Part shown: piece by piece, positions 1 to 14,800 of the stretch | Numbering within the stretch: position 1 is the stretch's first letter | How the letters are laid out: each line of letters begins with the position of its first letter | Assembly: GCF_022045235.1 (NCBI RefSeq) | Contig: NW_027266341.1 | Location: 33,356,001-33,420,000, forward strand | From: Haliotis cracherodii | Lineage: Eukaryota | Direction of reading: 5' to 3' | DNA length: 64,000 bases | The notes under the pieces: generated by a model | What the model saw: only the letters and a program-made list of their open reading frames with translations | What the model was told of the DNA's origin: nothing | Database searches by the model: none | Translations under genes and position numbers: made by a program

Positions 1-93
1 AGACTCGATTATGTAGCTTGAATAATGCTGAGTTGACGTTAAACAATTAACATACATGCAGTCCTTCACTGGGACAATCTTGTCACGTTCATA

Positions 94-372
94 GTGAGTG
101 AGTGAGTTGGGTTAAATGCCGCTTTTAACAGTATTCCAGTTATATCAAGACGTGTCAGCTTAATGTGGGAGGAAAGCCTGAAGTGATGCAGGTCTCAGAC
201 GTTTACCACTTCGGTGAGACCCACGGTTAAGGGTATGGTGCTGACAAACCTAGAAACATAATTGGGGAGAACCGGGATTCGAACCTACAATCATAGGTTT
301 CTGGCGTCCCCAAGGGACGCAACTCTACACAGAGCATCGCTGCGCCTTAGACGACTGGGCCACCCGTGCCCC
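94..372 (-). mobile_element. SINE family A (tRNA-Leu-like head, long A-B box spacing, (ACTC)n tail)
   Basis: On the minus strand: TGGCCCAGTCGTCTAAGGCGC ... GGTTCGAATCC. TSD gtcac(g/a)ttcata at 82-93 and 373-384. Three further copies in the window. Confidence 0.85.
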
Positions 373-1229
373 GTCACATTCATAAATAACAACACTTGAG
401 TCATGGCCGTGATGATGTCATGTATGTTGAGCAGATTGTGATTATGAGACTGATCGTCAGTATGTTGCCAGCCCTTGAACATGAAGGAGAGATGGCAGTA
501 GTGCTGGTGCATATAACACTAAGTAAGCAAGACGCCTGCTCCAAGGTAGTAGTGAGTGTGAAACAAGTCCGCCACAACCTCCTTCCAGATGTTTGGTGGT
601 CACCCAAATCTTCTCACCAGACTGACAGTGTCATATTGCAGCAGACCTTGGAGAGAGGAGAAGTGCCCCAGACGGGGCATCTGAAAAGCAACTTTCAAAA
701 TATTGATACAGACAGTTGTTGGATGCTGGTGTTGTGTAAACATCCCCAACTGACATACATTCATGTGATATTTCCTGTGATCAGCAATTTACCTCATCAC
801 CTATGTATGGCTGCAAGAGGGGCCTGCATCAGCATCACCAGCTTCAGGACAATTGGAACAAGATGCTCGGGGAGGGGTCAGGCTGTTGTTGATGTTGCCT
901 GGGCTTCATTAGCACCAAGTGTTCCTTCAGTGCTGGAGTTGACCCAGTCATAATAAATATGGTGGTGGCCCTGTTCCCAGGTACCTGGTGCCACCCCTGA
1001 CTACCCTGGCAGTTGCCACAGCTCAGGCAGCAGCAACAACAGCAACAACAGTAGCTTCAGGGCAGTGAGTGTCCAGAGGGTTTCTTTCAAGAAAGGCTAC
1101 CATCATAGATCGCAAAACCTTCAAGATGCAGCAAGCACACTGTTACCATTGCTACATATCTGAATGTGTTTCAGTTGTGGAGGGGGAAAATTTAAACGCT
1201 GCGTAGATATTTTTCTTATTCCTGAAGGC

Positions 1230-1415
1230 ACATCTTGGTATCTCTGAGTTAGAGTAGGTCTCCAGCAACCTCTGCTGGTCATCAGAGGCGATCAAATGGA
1301 TTGTTGGGTTATCAGGCTGAGGGATTTGGTTGATAGCTTGTCTTAGTGCCCTGATGGTGCAGATTATTGCTTTCAATATTGATCACTGGATTGTGTGGTC
1401 CACACTTGATTACAA
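1230..1415 (+). mobile_element. Old, diverged family C copy (other fragments at 1-51, 25380-25652, 36645-36720, 39880-40030, 42520-42598, 56200-56362)
   Basis: ggtctccagcaacctctgctggtcatcagaggcgatc...gatcactggattgtgtggtcc aligns with the family C consensus. Confidence 0.6.
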
Positions 1416-3409
1416 GATTGCAACAAATACCAATGTGCATTGAAATCTTGAATGAGTTTGTATGGAAATTGGTATTTGTGAATGAAATGACCTAGACAGA
1501 ATATCAGTGATATGCATTTGGGTGCAAATGGCAACCAAATGCCTTTTTTCTCAGATGGTAATAAACTTTATCCTTCTGTTATCTGGGGTCAGGTTGCCGA
1601 ATTACGAACATGCAAATGTCTCAAGGACAATTGTCTATGAGTGTCTGGAGCAGGAGTGAAAAGGACAGACTACGAGAGTAACATTTAGTGCGTAACAAGT
1701 GGTGACATTTGCAGTGAAAGTATATCTCCTGAAGCCCTTGTGTGTCGTAAGTGGAGGCCCTGCACCTGAAGTAGAAGCTGCCTCTCACCCACTGCTTGAC
1801 TCTGCCGTGGCGGTAATGGTGCAGCAGGGTTGTCGTCACTGCAGCGACACGAGTGATGATTGACGAGGGACTGCTCCACCTTGATGTGAAGGTCAATGAT
1901 AGATAGATAACAAATTCCATGTGGAATGTTTGTACCACTGCCTCTATCAACATCCTTTTCTTGGCTTCTTGATGTATCTGAACAGTAAGGTGTGAGGTTC
2001 CTGATGACAAAATTTGCCTTCTATCTCATGGTTTCCTTGATGTGTCTCACCAGTAAGACAGAGTTTTACCTAGACTTACGGACCCTGAATGCCCAATAAT
2101 AAATTTTATGGGTCCTTGCAAGCAGTATGAGGGTCCTGTAAAGTAATGAAATGGTGCAGTCAACTTTAGAGCCTGGAATGAATCAATGATCATGTGGACA
2201 CTGGTCATGATTGATGGATGAAATGACAGACACCCATTGCTCTTGATTCACTGCAAGCACAATGAATATCATTGTGCACCCCTTGTTACGCAGTCTATTC
2301 TTTTTCTGTGTTCAGTCTCAACATTTGTAGGTATTGGGCGCACATTTGTTCATCGCGTAAAACCCTGGTAAGGTGTCTGGTTCCTTGGAGAAAATTGGTC
2401 CCTCTGTCAACTTCTTTCTCTTGGTTAATTGATGTATCTCAACAGTAAGGTGATCCTTTCTCTTGATCACTGTACTATCATTCTTGGTAGTAACATACCT
2501 GTGTTCATGGGTTTCACCAATGTGGTAATATCTTAAGGCCTTATTCACTCTAGGTTTTTGGCCCACATTAAGCTGGCATGCTGTGATACAACTGAAACAC
2601 TGTTCAAAGAGGCACTAAACCAGACAGAAAATCTCACACATCTTTGTTGCTTGATGTAGCTCAACAGTAAGTGTATGGTCTTGTTCTTTGGGACAGGAAA
2701 TACTATTGTCCTGTACAACCTCATTGTGTTCAGACCTGCTTATTATATCCTATTCCTAATGACTATCATCTACCTTAACACCTTCAATATGTACGTGTCA
2801 AGGGTTACTTATTATAAGCTCAATGATCAAAAGTGCATCTATCTACAGTGCAGAGTTGTGTCCCTTACCTGTGCCAGGATGCTCTTGTCATTGGTTTGAA
2901 TCTCATATTAGATCTTATTTGGCCCTTATCTGTCAAAATCATGTCCATGTTTGCTAAAATGCAATATGTTTGTTCTGCAACACTGGGCTGCTCTTCAACA
3001 TTAAAGTGACAAGTGATAAAACAGTGAAAAGCGGCATCAAACCCATGTCTCTCACTGACACGCAAGCTCGGAGGTTCACACAGTTTAACCAGCGCTTTTA
3101 AATCGGTCACACTTCAATGAACCCATCCAAACTGACGTTCAATTCCTAAGGAAGGACCAGGAAGGGAAATGTCAATGGTGGTTCATTAGTACAGACCTAT
3201 CTCAAAATGCATCTTTTCATCAACATCTTCAGGATTTAGATTTAAGCCAGCCTGGTCATCCGGCCCTTCAGCCAGTATCCCTGATGGACCTTGAGTGATG
3301 TAGCTGGATATGTTCAGTGTATTGTTCTGTTCAATGTCTAGCTACCTCTGATGCACACTGAAAACACATCTTTCCTGCTGTCGCCTTCACCTCATTGCAC
3401 AGCAGCACT

Positions 3410-3940
3410 GCAGGGCACGCTATCTGGAGACTGGGCCTATACAGGGCACGCTATCTGGAGACTGGGCATATACAGGGCATGCTATCTGGAGACTGGGCCT
3501 ATACAGGGCACGCTATCTGGAGACTGGGCATATACAGGGCACGCTATCTAGAGACTGGGCCTATACAGGGCACGCTATCTGGAGACTGGGCATATACAGG
3601 GCACGCTATCGGGAGACTGGGCATATACAGGGCACACTATCTGGAGACTGGGCCTATACAGGGCACGCTATCTGGAGACTGGGCATATACAGGGCACGCT
3701 ATCTGGAGACTGGGCCTATACAGGGCACGCTATCTGGAGACTGGGCCTATACAGGGCACGCTATCTGGAGACTGGGCATATACAGGGCACGCTATCTGGA
3801 GACTGGACATATACAGGGCACGCTATCTGGAGACTGGGCATATACAGGGCACGCTATCTGGAGACTGGGCATATACAGGGCACGCTATCTGGAGACTGGG
3901 CATATACAGGGCACGCTATCCAGAGACCGGGCATATACAC
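3410..3940. repeat. Minisatellite, 31-bp unit, ~17 copies
   Basis: cagggcacgctatctggagactgggc(c/a)tata at 3411, 3442, 3473 and onward. Confidence 0.95.
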
Positions 3941-3986
3941 AGACATATAGAAATATGTTATCCTCATTGTACTGCAGTCATGAGGA

Positions 3987-4442
3987 CAGTGTTCTCACTG
4001 GTTTTTGAAACTGCTGGTCCTGGTGGACTGGCAATTCAAAAACTTCAAAAAATATAAAAAAGTATGAACATTACCATATTTTTTATGGTGTCATCTCTGA
4101 AGTAACTTACTGAGATCTACAAATCCTTCACACAAAGTTGACTCACGACTTTCTCTTTTTTGTTTGAATATTTCGTGATTAAATCACAACAAATACGTAT
4201 TTAATCTGGAAGCAAATCGAAATGTTATTGCCTTGCACTAAAAATAGACAAGGGGAAACCCTGATGGCAACAGACAAGCTACTTTGGTCGAAAAATATAC
4301 TCAGATGAATATCACCGCTGTTTTGTTCAACCTCAAAGATTAATGAGGTACTTTATTTGCTGATCCACAGTCACATGAATTACCGGTCCAAGCCTAATTT
4401 TACCGGTAAAAAACTGGTAATTACCGGTAAAGGGGAACACTG
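3987..4442. mobile_element. hAT-like MITE relic
   Basis: TIRs CAGTGTTCTC / GGGAACACTG and subterminal ttaccggt repeats. No TSD recognisable. Confidence 0.5.
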
Positions 4443-6134
4443 TAGACGGCAAGCTCTCTTGTGTAAGACTACAATTCTGGGTGTACAAACACATGAAGAA
4501 ATCAGTTAAATCTCTTTGTACAACTGATCTGGTTCTCATTATGAATATTTTACATGACACGTATCAAACATCATCATGAAACAGATTTAGGCATGTGCTA
4601 CTTTTACAATAACATGTACCGGTAGATATGATTCTATATTGTTTGTCTTGATACAGTAACACCATCATCTAGCATGTGAATACTCATATGATCAGGTAGA
4701 TACTTGGTAATAACGAACTAGTTAATGATTCGATTGATTCTCCACACGAGCATGGATACACAATGCTATATGTTCTCTCTCTGTAGTAGATGTTGTAGTC
4801 TTTATCTAAACTGTCTATTTGCATTTAGGTGGCAAGGTTGTATCTTCTACAGTCAGCAAGGGTACGTAACCTAGTGCTGCCAGAAAGATTGGCGCTAGTG
4901 TGACAGCTGTCTTGTGTTCTCTGTTCGCACTTCTCAGGGTCGAATCTGTTGGTTTGCTGCAACCTAACCCCTAAACCATACATTTTTACAAGTAGGGGGT
5001 TTTGTATTTACAGAGAAATATTTAAGAAAGATTTTCATTGATCTGGAATTTGTCTATTACATTCAAGGAATGAATGAGTGAAGTTAACAACTACCTTTAT
5101 AACGAACACTTTTATAATGAACAGACCGATATAACAAACTTATTTTTTAGTCCTGGCCATTTGTTGCATATATGCTGTATATATGCTTATAACGAACTGT
5201 GGTTATTACGAAGTAAATTTAGTGGTCCCTTTGAGTATATTATAACAGTAGTTTACTGTATGGTGTTAGTTGCATCTAAAGAGTAGCTTATGACTTAATG
5301 ATTCCGTGCCTTCAGAGGGTGTAATTGATCATGACCAGACGTTAACGCAAGCCAGCAGTATTTGTTCCCATTTCGTTCTGTGCATCATCGTCATGTGTCG
5401 TTGTTCTGGACAGCTATGACATGATTGCTTCTTGTCTTTCATTCAGCTATGTTCAAATGTACAAATGCCTTTTCTGTTGCTTGTGTTTTTATTATGCACT
5501 AACCAACCTCACAGCATTGTTTTGCAGGTTATTCTAACGTCTTTTTGAGAAATAACATGCAGTATTACACTGTTTGTGATCTTTGTACAAATACTACAAA
5601 CATTGCAATGGTTCTCTTGATTCAAGTGTAATCCCTGCATCCTATAGTTCAAATTGGTTTTCTTACTTCTGTACTAACTAAATGGTGTGACGTTGGTGGT
5701 CCCTTTCGTACAAGCCCTGTACCCTCAATGGCGCTATATTGGTTTGTCAGACAAAACCTAATCCCTGCACTCTGTGGTGACAAATTGGTATTGTTGACTA
5801 AGATACAAGCCCTGCGCCTGTGTGCTCCAACTGCATGGATACTTGCTCCTGCTAACAGACACCGATTTTACCCTTCCCCCTATCCAGACTGCAGTGATGA
5901 CTCAGTGTTCCTTTGAATACATAACCTCTATTACATCATGGCCATGAATCCTGCATCTTGGCTGTCCTCACACTGTAAAATCTTTAGATTTTCAACAGAT
6001 GATTCTTTTCACTTCCAACTAATTAATAGTCTTGAGGGAAATAGTATTCTCCAACCTACATCTGTTCATGTGAGAGGCAGGAAAACTTCATGCATACTGT
6101 TCCCCATAAAGTCTCCCTTGCAGTGTGTGATATA

Positions 6135-9100
6135 ACATTGTGTCTGACATATAGTTCCCGTACACAATATCCGACTCACAGTTCCCATACACTATGCCTG
6201 ACCTAAAGTTCCCATACACTATGCCCGACCTATAATTCCCATACACCATGTCCAACATATAGTTCCCATACACTATGCCCGACCTAAAGTTCCCATACAC
6301 TATGCCCGACCTATAATTCCCATACACCATGTCCAACATAGAGTTCCCATACACTATGCCCGACCTAAAGTTCCCATACACTATGCCAGACCTATAATTC
6401 CCATACACCATGTCCAACATATAGTTCCCGTACAATTTGTCCGACATAGTTCCCACACACTATGTCCGACATAATTCCCATACACTATGTCAGATGTATA
6501 ATTCCCATACACTCTGTACAACGTATAGTTCCCATACACTATGTCCGACGTATAATTCCCATACACCATGTCCAATATATAGTTCCCCTACACTATGTCC
6601 GACATATAATTCCCATACACTATGTCCGACATATAGTTCCCATACACTATGTCCAACATATAGTTCCCATACACTGACATATAGTTCCCATACACCATGT
6701 CCAACATATAGTTCCCATACACCATGTCCGACATAGTTCCAATACACTATGTCGGACCTAAAGTTCCCATACACTATGCCCGACCTATAATTCCCATACA
6801 CCATGTCCAACATATAGTTCCCGTACACTATGTCCGACATAGTTCCCACACACTATGTCCGACATAATTCCCATACACTATGTCAGATGTATAATTCCCA
6901 TACACTCTGTACAACGTATAGTTCCCATACACTGTCCAACGTATTGTTCCCATACACTTTGTCCGATGTATAATTCCCAAACACCATGTCCAACATATAG
7001 TTCCCATACACTATGTCCGACGTATAGTTCCCATACACTGACATATAGTTCCCATACCCTATATCCGACGTATAGTTTCCACACACTATGTCCGACATAT
7101 AGTTCCCATACACTATGTCCAACATATAGTTCCCATACACTGACATATAGTTCCCATATACCATGTCCAACATATAGTTCCCATACACCATGTCCGACAT
7201 AGTTCCCATACACTATGTCGGACCTAAAGTTCCCATACACTATGCCCGACCTATAATTCCCATACACCATGTCCAACATATAGTTCCCGTACACTATGCC
7301 CGACATAGTTCCCACACACTATGTCCGACATAATTCCCATACACTATGTCAGATGTATAATTCCCATACACTCTGTACAACGTATAGTTCCCATACACTG
7401 TCCAACGTATTGTTCCCATACACTTTGTCCGATGTATAATTCCCAAACACCATGTCCAACATATAGTTCCCATACACTATGTCCGACGTATAGTTCCCAT
7501 ACACTGACATATAGTTCCCATACCCTATATCCGACGTATAGTTTCCACACACTATGTCCGACATATAGTTCCCATACACTATGTCCAACATATAGTTCCC
7601 ATACACTGACATATAGTTCCCATATACCATGTCCAACATATAGTTCCCATACACCATGTCCGACATAGTTCCCATACACTATGTCGGACCTAAAGTTCCC
7701 ATACACTATGCCCGACCTATAATTCCCATACACCATGTCCAACATATAGTTCCCGTACACTATGCCCGACATAGTTCCCACACACTATGTCCGACATAAT
7801 TCCCATACACTATGTCAGATGTATAATTCCCATACACTCTGTACAACGTATAGTTCCCATACACTGTCCAACGTATTGTTCCCATACACTTTGTCCGATG
7901 TATAATTCCCAAACACCATGTCCAACATATAGTTCCCATACACTATGTCCGATGTATAGTTCCCATACACTGACATATAGTTCCCATACCCTATATCCGA
8001 CGTATAGTTTCCACACACTATGTCCGACATATAGTTCCCATACACTATGTCCGACATATAGTTCCCATACACTATGTCCGACATATAATTCCCATACACT
8101 TTTTCCGACATAATTCCCATACACTTTGTCCGATGTATAATTCCCATACACTATGTCCAACGTATAATTCCCATACACTATGTCCAATGTATAGTTCCCA
8201 TACACTATGTCCGACATAATTCCCATACACTATGTCCGATGTACAATTCTCATACACTCTGTCTGAAATATGGTTCCCATAATACACTATGTCCGACATA
8301 GTTCCCATACACTATGTCCAACATATAGTTCCCATACACTATGTCCAACGTATAATTCCCATACACTATGTCCAGCGTATAATTCCCATACACTATGTCT
8401 GACATAGTTCCCATACACTATGTCGGACCTAAAGTTCCCATACACTATGCCCGACCTATAATTCCCATACACCATGTCCAACATATAGTTCCCGTACACT
8501 ATGTCCGACATAGTTCCCACACACTATGTCCGACATAATTCCCATACACTATGTCAGATGTATAATTCCCATACACTCTGTACAACGTATAGTTCCCATA
8601 CACTGTCCAACGTATTGTTCCCATACACTTTGTCCGATGTATAATTCCCAAACACCATGTCCAACATATAGTTCCCATACACTATGTCCAACGTATAATT
8701 CCCATACACTATGTCCAGCGTATAATTCCCATACACTATGTCTGACATAGTTCCCATACACTATGTCCGACATATAGTTCCCATGCGCTATGTCCGACAT
8801 ATAGTTCCCATACACTATGTCCGACATATAGTTCCCTTACACTATGTCCGACATATAGTTCCCATGCACTATGTCTGACATATAGTTCCCACACACTATG
8901 TCCGACATAATTCCCATACACTATGTCAGATGTATAATTCCCATACACTCTGTTCAACGTATAGTTCCCATACACTATGTCCGACGTATAATTCCCATAC
9001 ACCATGTCCAACATATAGTTCCCCTACACTATGTCCGACATATAATTCCCATACACTATGTCCGACATATAGTTCCCATACACTATGTCCAACATATAGT

Positions 9101-11040
9101 TCCCATACACTGACATATAGTTCCCATACACCTTGTCCAACATATAGTTCCCATACACCATGTCCAACATAGTTCCCATACACTATGTCGGACCTAAAGT
9201 TCCCATACACTATGTCGGACCTAAAGTTCCCATACACTATGCCCGACCTATAATTCCCATACACCATGTCCAACATATAGTTCCCGTACACTATGTCCGA
9301 CATAGTTCCCACACACTATGTCCGACATAATTCCCATACACTATGTCAGATGTATAATTCCCATACACTCTGTACAACGTATAGTTCCCATACACTGTCC
9401 AACGTATTGTTCCCATACACTTTGTCCGATGTATAATTCCCAAACACCATGTCCAACATATAGTTCCCATACACTATGTCCGACGTATAGTTCCCATACA
9501 CTGACATATAGTTCCCATACCCTATATCCGACGTATAGTTTCCACACACTATGTCCGACATATAGTTCCCATACACTATGTCCGACATATAATTCCCATA
9601 CACTTTGTCCGACATAATTCCCATACACTTTGTCCGATGTATATTTCCCATACACTATGTCCAATTATAGTTCCCATACACTATGTCCGACATAATTCCC
9701 ATACACTATGTCCGATGTACAATTCTCATACACTCTGTCTGAAATATGGTTCCCATAATACACTATGTCCGACATATAGTTCCCATACACTATGTCCAAC
9801 ATATAGTTCCCATACACTATGTCCAACGTATAATTCCCATACACTATGTCCAGCGTATAATTCCCATACACTATGTCTGACATAGTTCCCATACACTATG
9901 TCCAACATATAGTTCCCATACACTATGTCCAACATATAGTTCCCATACACTATGTCCAACGTATAATTCCCATACACTATGTCCAGCGTATAATTCCCAT
10001 ACACTATGTCTGACATAGTTCCCATACACTATGTCCAACATATAGTTCCCATACACTATGTCCAACATATAGTTCCCATACACTATGTCCGACATAGTTT
10101 CCATGCACTATGTCCGACATATAGTTCCAATACACTATGTCCGACATATAGTTCCCATACACTATGTCCGACATAATTCCCATACACTATGTCTGACATA
10201 TAGTTCCCATACACTATGTCCGACATAATTCCCATACACTATGTCCAACATATAGTTCCCTTACACTATGTCCGACATATAGTTCCCATGCACTATGTCC
10301 GACATATAGTTCCCATGCACTATGTCCGACATATAGTTCCCATACACTATGTCCGACATAATTCCCATACACTATGTCTGACATATAGTTCCCATACACT
10401 ATGTCCGACATAGTTCCCATACACTATGTCCAACATATAGTTCCCTTACACTATGTCCGACATATAGTTCCCAAACACTATGTCCGACATATAGTTCCCA
10501 TACACTATGTCCGACATATAGTTCCCATGCGCTATGTCCGACATATAGTTCCCATACACTATGTCCAACATATAGTTCCCTTACACTATGTCCGACATAT
10601 AGTTCCCATACACTGACATATAGTTCCCATACACTGACATATAGTCCCCATACACTGACATATAGTCCCCATACACTGACATATAGTTCCCATACACTGA
10701 CGTATAGTCCCCATACATTGACGTATAGTCCCCATACACTGACGTATAGTCCCCATACACTATGTCCGAGGTATAGTTCCTATACACTGACATATAGTTC
10801 CCATACACTGACGTATAGTCCCCCATACACTGATGTATAGTTCCCATACACTGATGTATAGTCCCCATACACTGACGTATAGTTCCCATACACTGACATA
10901 TAGTCCCCATACACTGACGTATAGTCCCCATACACTGACGTATAGTCCCCATACACTGACGTATAGTCCCCATACACTGACGTATAGTTCCCATACACTG
11001 ACGTATAGTCCCCATACACTATGTCCGAGGTATAGTTCCC
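6135..11040. repeat. 4.9-kb satellite, 27-bp unit (25- and 21-bp variants) with higher-order repeats
   Basis: Unit catatagttcccatacactatgtccga; identical blocks at 6855, 7321 and 7787. Confidence 0.97.
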
Positions 11041-11512
11041 CGTCAAGCCCCTCCAGCCCTGCATGATGTTGCACACACTGACATATACCCCTGACTTATG
11101 GAGGTAAACAATACACTCTGGTGGAGACAGTGTATATACACTTGTGCCTAATAGTCTGTCTCTGTCTGCAGTCTCACTATTAATACCCACACACTGGAGT
11201 AGGATAGACATTTGCTTACAATAATTTACACCAGTAACATACACACAGAGGGTCAGCCTGGGCCTTCCCCCAGCTGCCCATTTTTCTCTTTTTTAGGCAG
11301 TTGGTTGGTCTGTGATCTTTCCGAGACATAAACTGCCTAGTGCATAATTGTACACACTTTGTAGTACGTCTGCTTCTTGTCTGGTTACAGTGTAGGCTTA
11401 AGTGTTCTCTGTCCATACTTAGATTGTCTTCAGCTTAGAAGAGCAAGTAAGAAATTATTAGTTTTCTTAACTTAAAACTGTTATTTTGTCTTAGTATATC
11501 TATTATTTTGAA

Positions 11513-11720
11513 ACTTTGTTTGTTGTTTAATGCCACACTCAAAATATTCCAGCTATATGACAGCAGTCTGTAAATAATCAAGTCTGGACTGGACAATCTA
11601 GTGATTGACATCATAAGCATCGATTGTTTGGAGTGAGCCTGACCACCTGATTCCGTTAGTCGCCTCTTACAACAAGCATCGGTTGCTGAAGATAAATTCT
11701 AACCTGCATCTTTGCAGGGC
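11513..11720 (-). mobile_element. SINE-like family C copy (internally deleted, single hairpin unit)
   Basis: tttgtttgttgtttaatgccacactcaaaatattccagc...ttagtcgcctcttacaacaagca. Confidence 0.8.
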
Positions 11721-11879
11721 AATTAGTGGTAGCAAGTAGTTGTCATTGCACAACCTAGTTTGCTTCCTCATAAATACCTGGCAGCAATCCTCTACTGACA
11801 CCTGCTTCATACTGCATGTCAGGAGTTAGTTATTGTAATTTGACAATCAGGGTTTCCATGTACCCAACATTGTGGGGCA

Positions 11880-14800
11880 ACCACAGACGCCCCATCACCA
11901 AACACATGCCCTGCCTGATTCCGGTTGTCCTTGTACTTGACATGGGGGACACCCACAGACTCCCAACACATGCCCTGCCTGCTTCAAAGTGTCCTTGTAC
12001 TTGACATGGGGACACCCACAGACTCCCAACACATGCCGTGCCTGATTCTAAGTGTCCTTGTACTTGACATGGGGACACCCACAGACTCCCAACACATGCC
12101 GTGCCTGATTCTAAGTGTCCTTGTACTTGACATGGGGACACCCACAGACTCCCAACACATGCCCTGCCTGCTTCAAAGTGTCCTTGTACTTGACATGGGG
12201 ACACCCACAGACGCCCAACACATGCCCTGCCTGATTCTAAGTGTCCTTGTACTTGACATGGGGACACCCACAGACTCCCAACACATGCCCTGCCTGATTC
12301 TAAGTGTCCTCGTACTTGACACGGTGGACACCCACAGACGCCCAACACATGCCCTGCCTGCTTCAAAGTGTCCTTGTACTTGACATGGGGACACCCACAG
12401 ACTCCCAACCCATGCCCTGCCTGCTTCAAAGTGTCCTTGTACTTGACATGGCGGACACCCCCAGACGCCCAACACATGCCGTGCCTGATTCTAAGTGTCC
12501 TTGTACTTGACATGGGGGACACCCACAGACTCCCAACACATGCCCTGCCTGCTTCAAAGTGTCCTTGTACTTGACATGGCGGACACCCACAGACGCCCAA
12601 CACATGCCGTGCCTGATTCTAAGTGTCCTTGTACTTGACATGGGGGACACCCACAGACTCCCAACACATGCCCTGCCTGCTTCAAAGTGTCCTTGTACTT
12701 GACATGGCGGACACCCCCAGACGCCCAACACATGCCGTGCCTGATTCTAAGTGTCCTTGTACTTGACATGGGGGACACCCACAGACTCCCAACACATGCC
12801 CTGCCTGCTTCAAAGTGTCCTTGTACTTGACATGGGGACACCCACAGACTCCCAACACATGCCGTGCCTGATTCTAAGTGTCCTTGTACTTGACATGGGG
12901 ACACCCACAGACTCCCAACACATGCCCTGCCTGATTCTAAGTGTCCTTGTACTTGACATGGGGACACCCACAGACTCCCAACACATGCCCTGCCTGATTC
13001 TAAGTGTCCTCGTACTTGACATGGTGGACACCCACAGACGCCCAACACATGCCCTGCCTGATTCTAAGTGTCCTTGTACTTGACATGGGGACACCCACAG
13101 ACTCCCAACACATGCCCTGCCTGATTCTAAGTATCCTTGTACTTGACATGGGGACACCCACAGACTCCCAACACATGCCCTGCCTGCTTCAAAGTGTCCT
13201 TGTACTTGACATGGGGACACCCACAGACTCCCAACACATACCCTGCCTGATTCTAAGTGTCCTTGTACTTGACATGGGGACACCCACAGACGCCCAACAC
13301 ATGCCCTGCCTGATTCTAAGTGTCCTTGTACTTGACATGGGGACACCCACAGACTCCCAACACATGCCCTGCCTGATTCTAAGTGTCCTCGTACTTGACA
13401 TGGTGGACACCCACAGACGCCCAACACATGCCCTGCCTGATTCTAAGTGTCCTTGTACTTGACATGGGGACACCCACAGACTCCCAACACATGCCCTGCC
13501 TGCTTCAAAGTGTCCTTGTACTTGACATGGCGGACACCCCCAGACTCCCAACACATGCCCTGCCTGCTTCAAAGTGTCCTTGTACTTGACATGGCGGACA
13601 CCCACAGACTCCCAACACATGCCCTGCCTGCTTCAAAGTGTCCTTGTACTTGACATGGGGAACACCCACAGACTCCCAACACATGCCCTGCCTGATTCTA
13701 AGTGTCCTTGTACTTGACATGGGGGACACCCACAGACGCCCAACACATGCCGTGCCTGATTCTAAGTGTCCTTGTACTTGACATGGGGGACACCCACAGA
13801 CTCCCAACACATGCCCTGCCTGCTTCAAAGTGTCCTTGTACTTGACATGGCGGACACCCACAGACTCCCAACACATGCCCTGCCTGCTTCAAAGTGTCCT
13901 TGTACTTGACATGGGGGACACCCACAGACTCCCAACACATGCCCTGCCTGATTCTAAGTGTCCTTGTACTTGACATGGGGGACACCCACAGACTCCCAAC
14001 ACATGCCCTGCCTGCTTCAAAGTGTCCTTGTACTTGACATGGCGGACACCCCCAGACGCCCAACACATGCCGTGCCTGATTCTAAGTGTCCTTGTACTTG
14101 ACATGGGGGACACCCACAGACTCCCAACACATGCCCTGCCTGCTTCAAAGTGTCCTTGTACTTGACATGGCGGACACCCACAGACGCCCAACACATGCCG
14201 TGCCTGATTCTAAGTGTCCTTGTACTTGACATGGGGGACACCCACAGACTCCCAACACATGCCCTGCCTGCTTCAAAGTGTCCTTGTACTTGACATGGCG
14301 GACACCCCCAGACGCCCAACACATGCCGTGCCTGATTCTAAGTGTCCTTGTACTTGACATGGGGGACACCCACAGACTCCCAACACATGCCCTGCCTGCT
14401 TCAAAGTGTCCTTGTACTTGACATGGCGGACACCCACAGACGCCCAACACATGCCGTGCCTGATTCTAAGTGTCCTTGTACTTGACATGGGGACACCCAC
14501 AGACTCCCAACACATGCCCTGCCTGCTTCAAAGTGTCCTTGTACTTGACATGGGGGACACCCACAGACGCCCAACACATGCCCTGCCTGCTTCAAAGTGT
14601 CCTTGTACTTGACATGGGGACACCCACAGACTCCCAACACATGCCGTGCCTGATTCTAAGTGTCCTTGTACTTGACATGGGGACACCCACAGACTCCCAA
14701 CACATGCCCTGCCTGATTCTAAGTGTCCTTGTACTTGACATGGGGGACACCCACAGACTCCCAACACATGCCCTGCCTGCTTCAAAGTGTCGTTGTACTT

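Noticed and set aside
396-953. 185-aa ORF
   Set aside because: TTG start, no domain recognised; possibly decayed retroelement sequence but unsupported.
1255-1290. Minus-strand CTGATGA followed by a stem (hammerhead-like); similar CTGATGA at ~24069 and ~47413
   Set aside because: No GAAA core or stems I/III in the right places; the first is just a diverged family C copy.
3410-3940. CRISPR-like regular repeats
   Set aside because: Head-to-tail units with no unique spacers, in a eukaryotic context.
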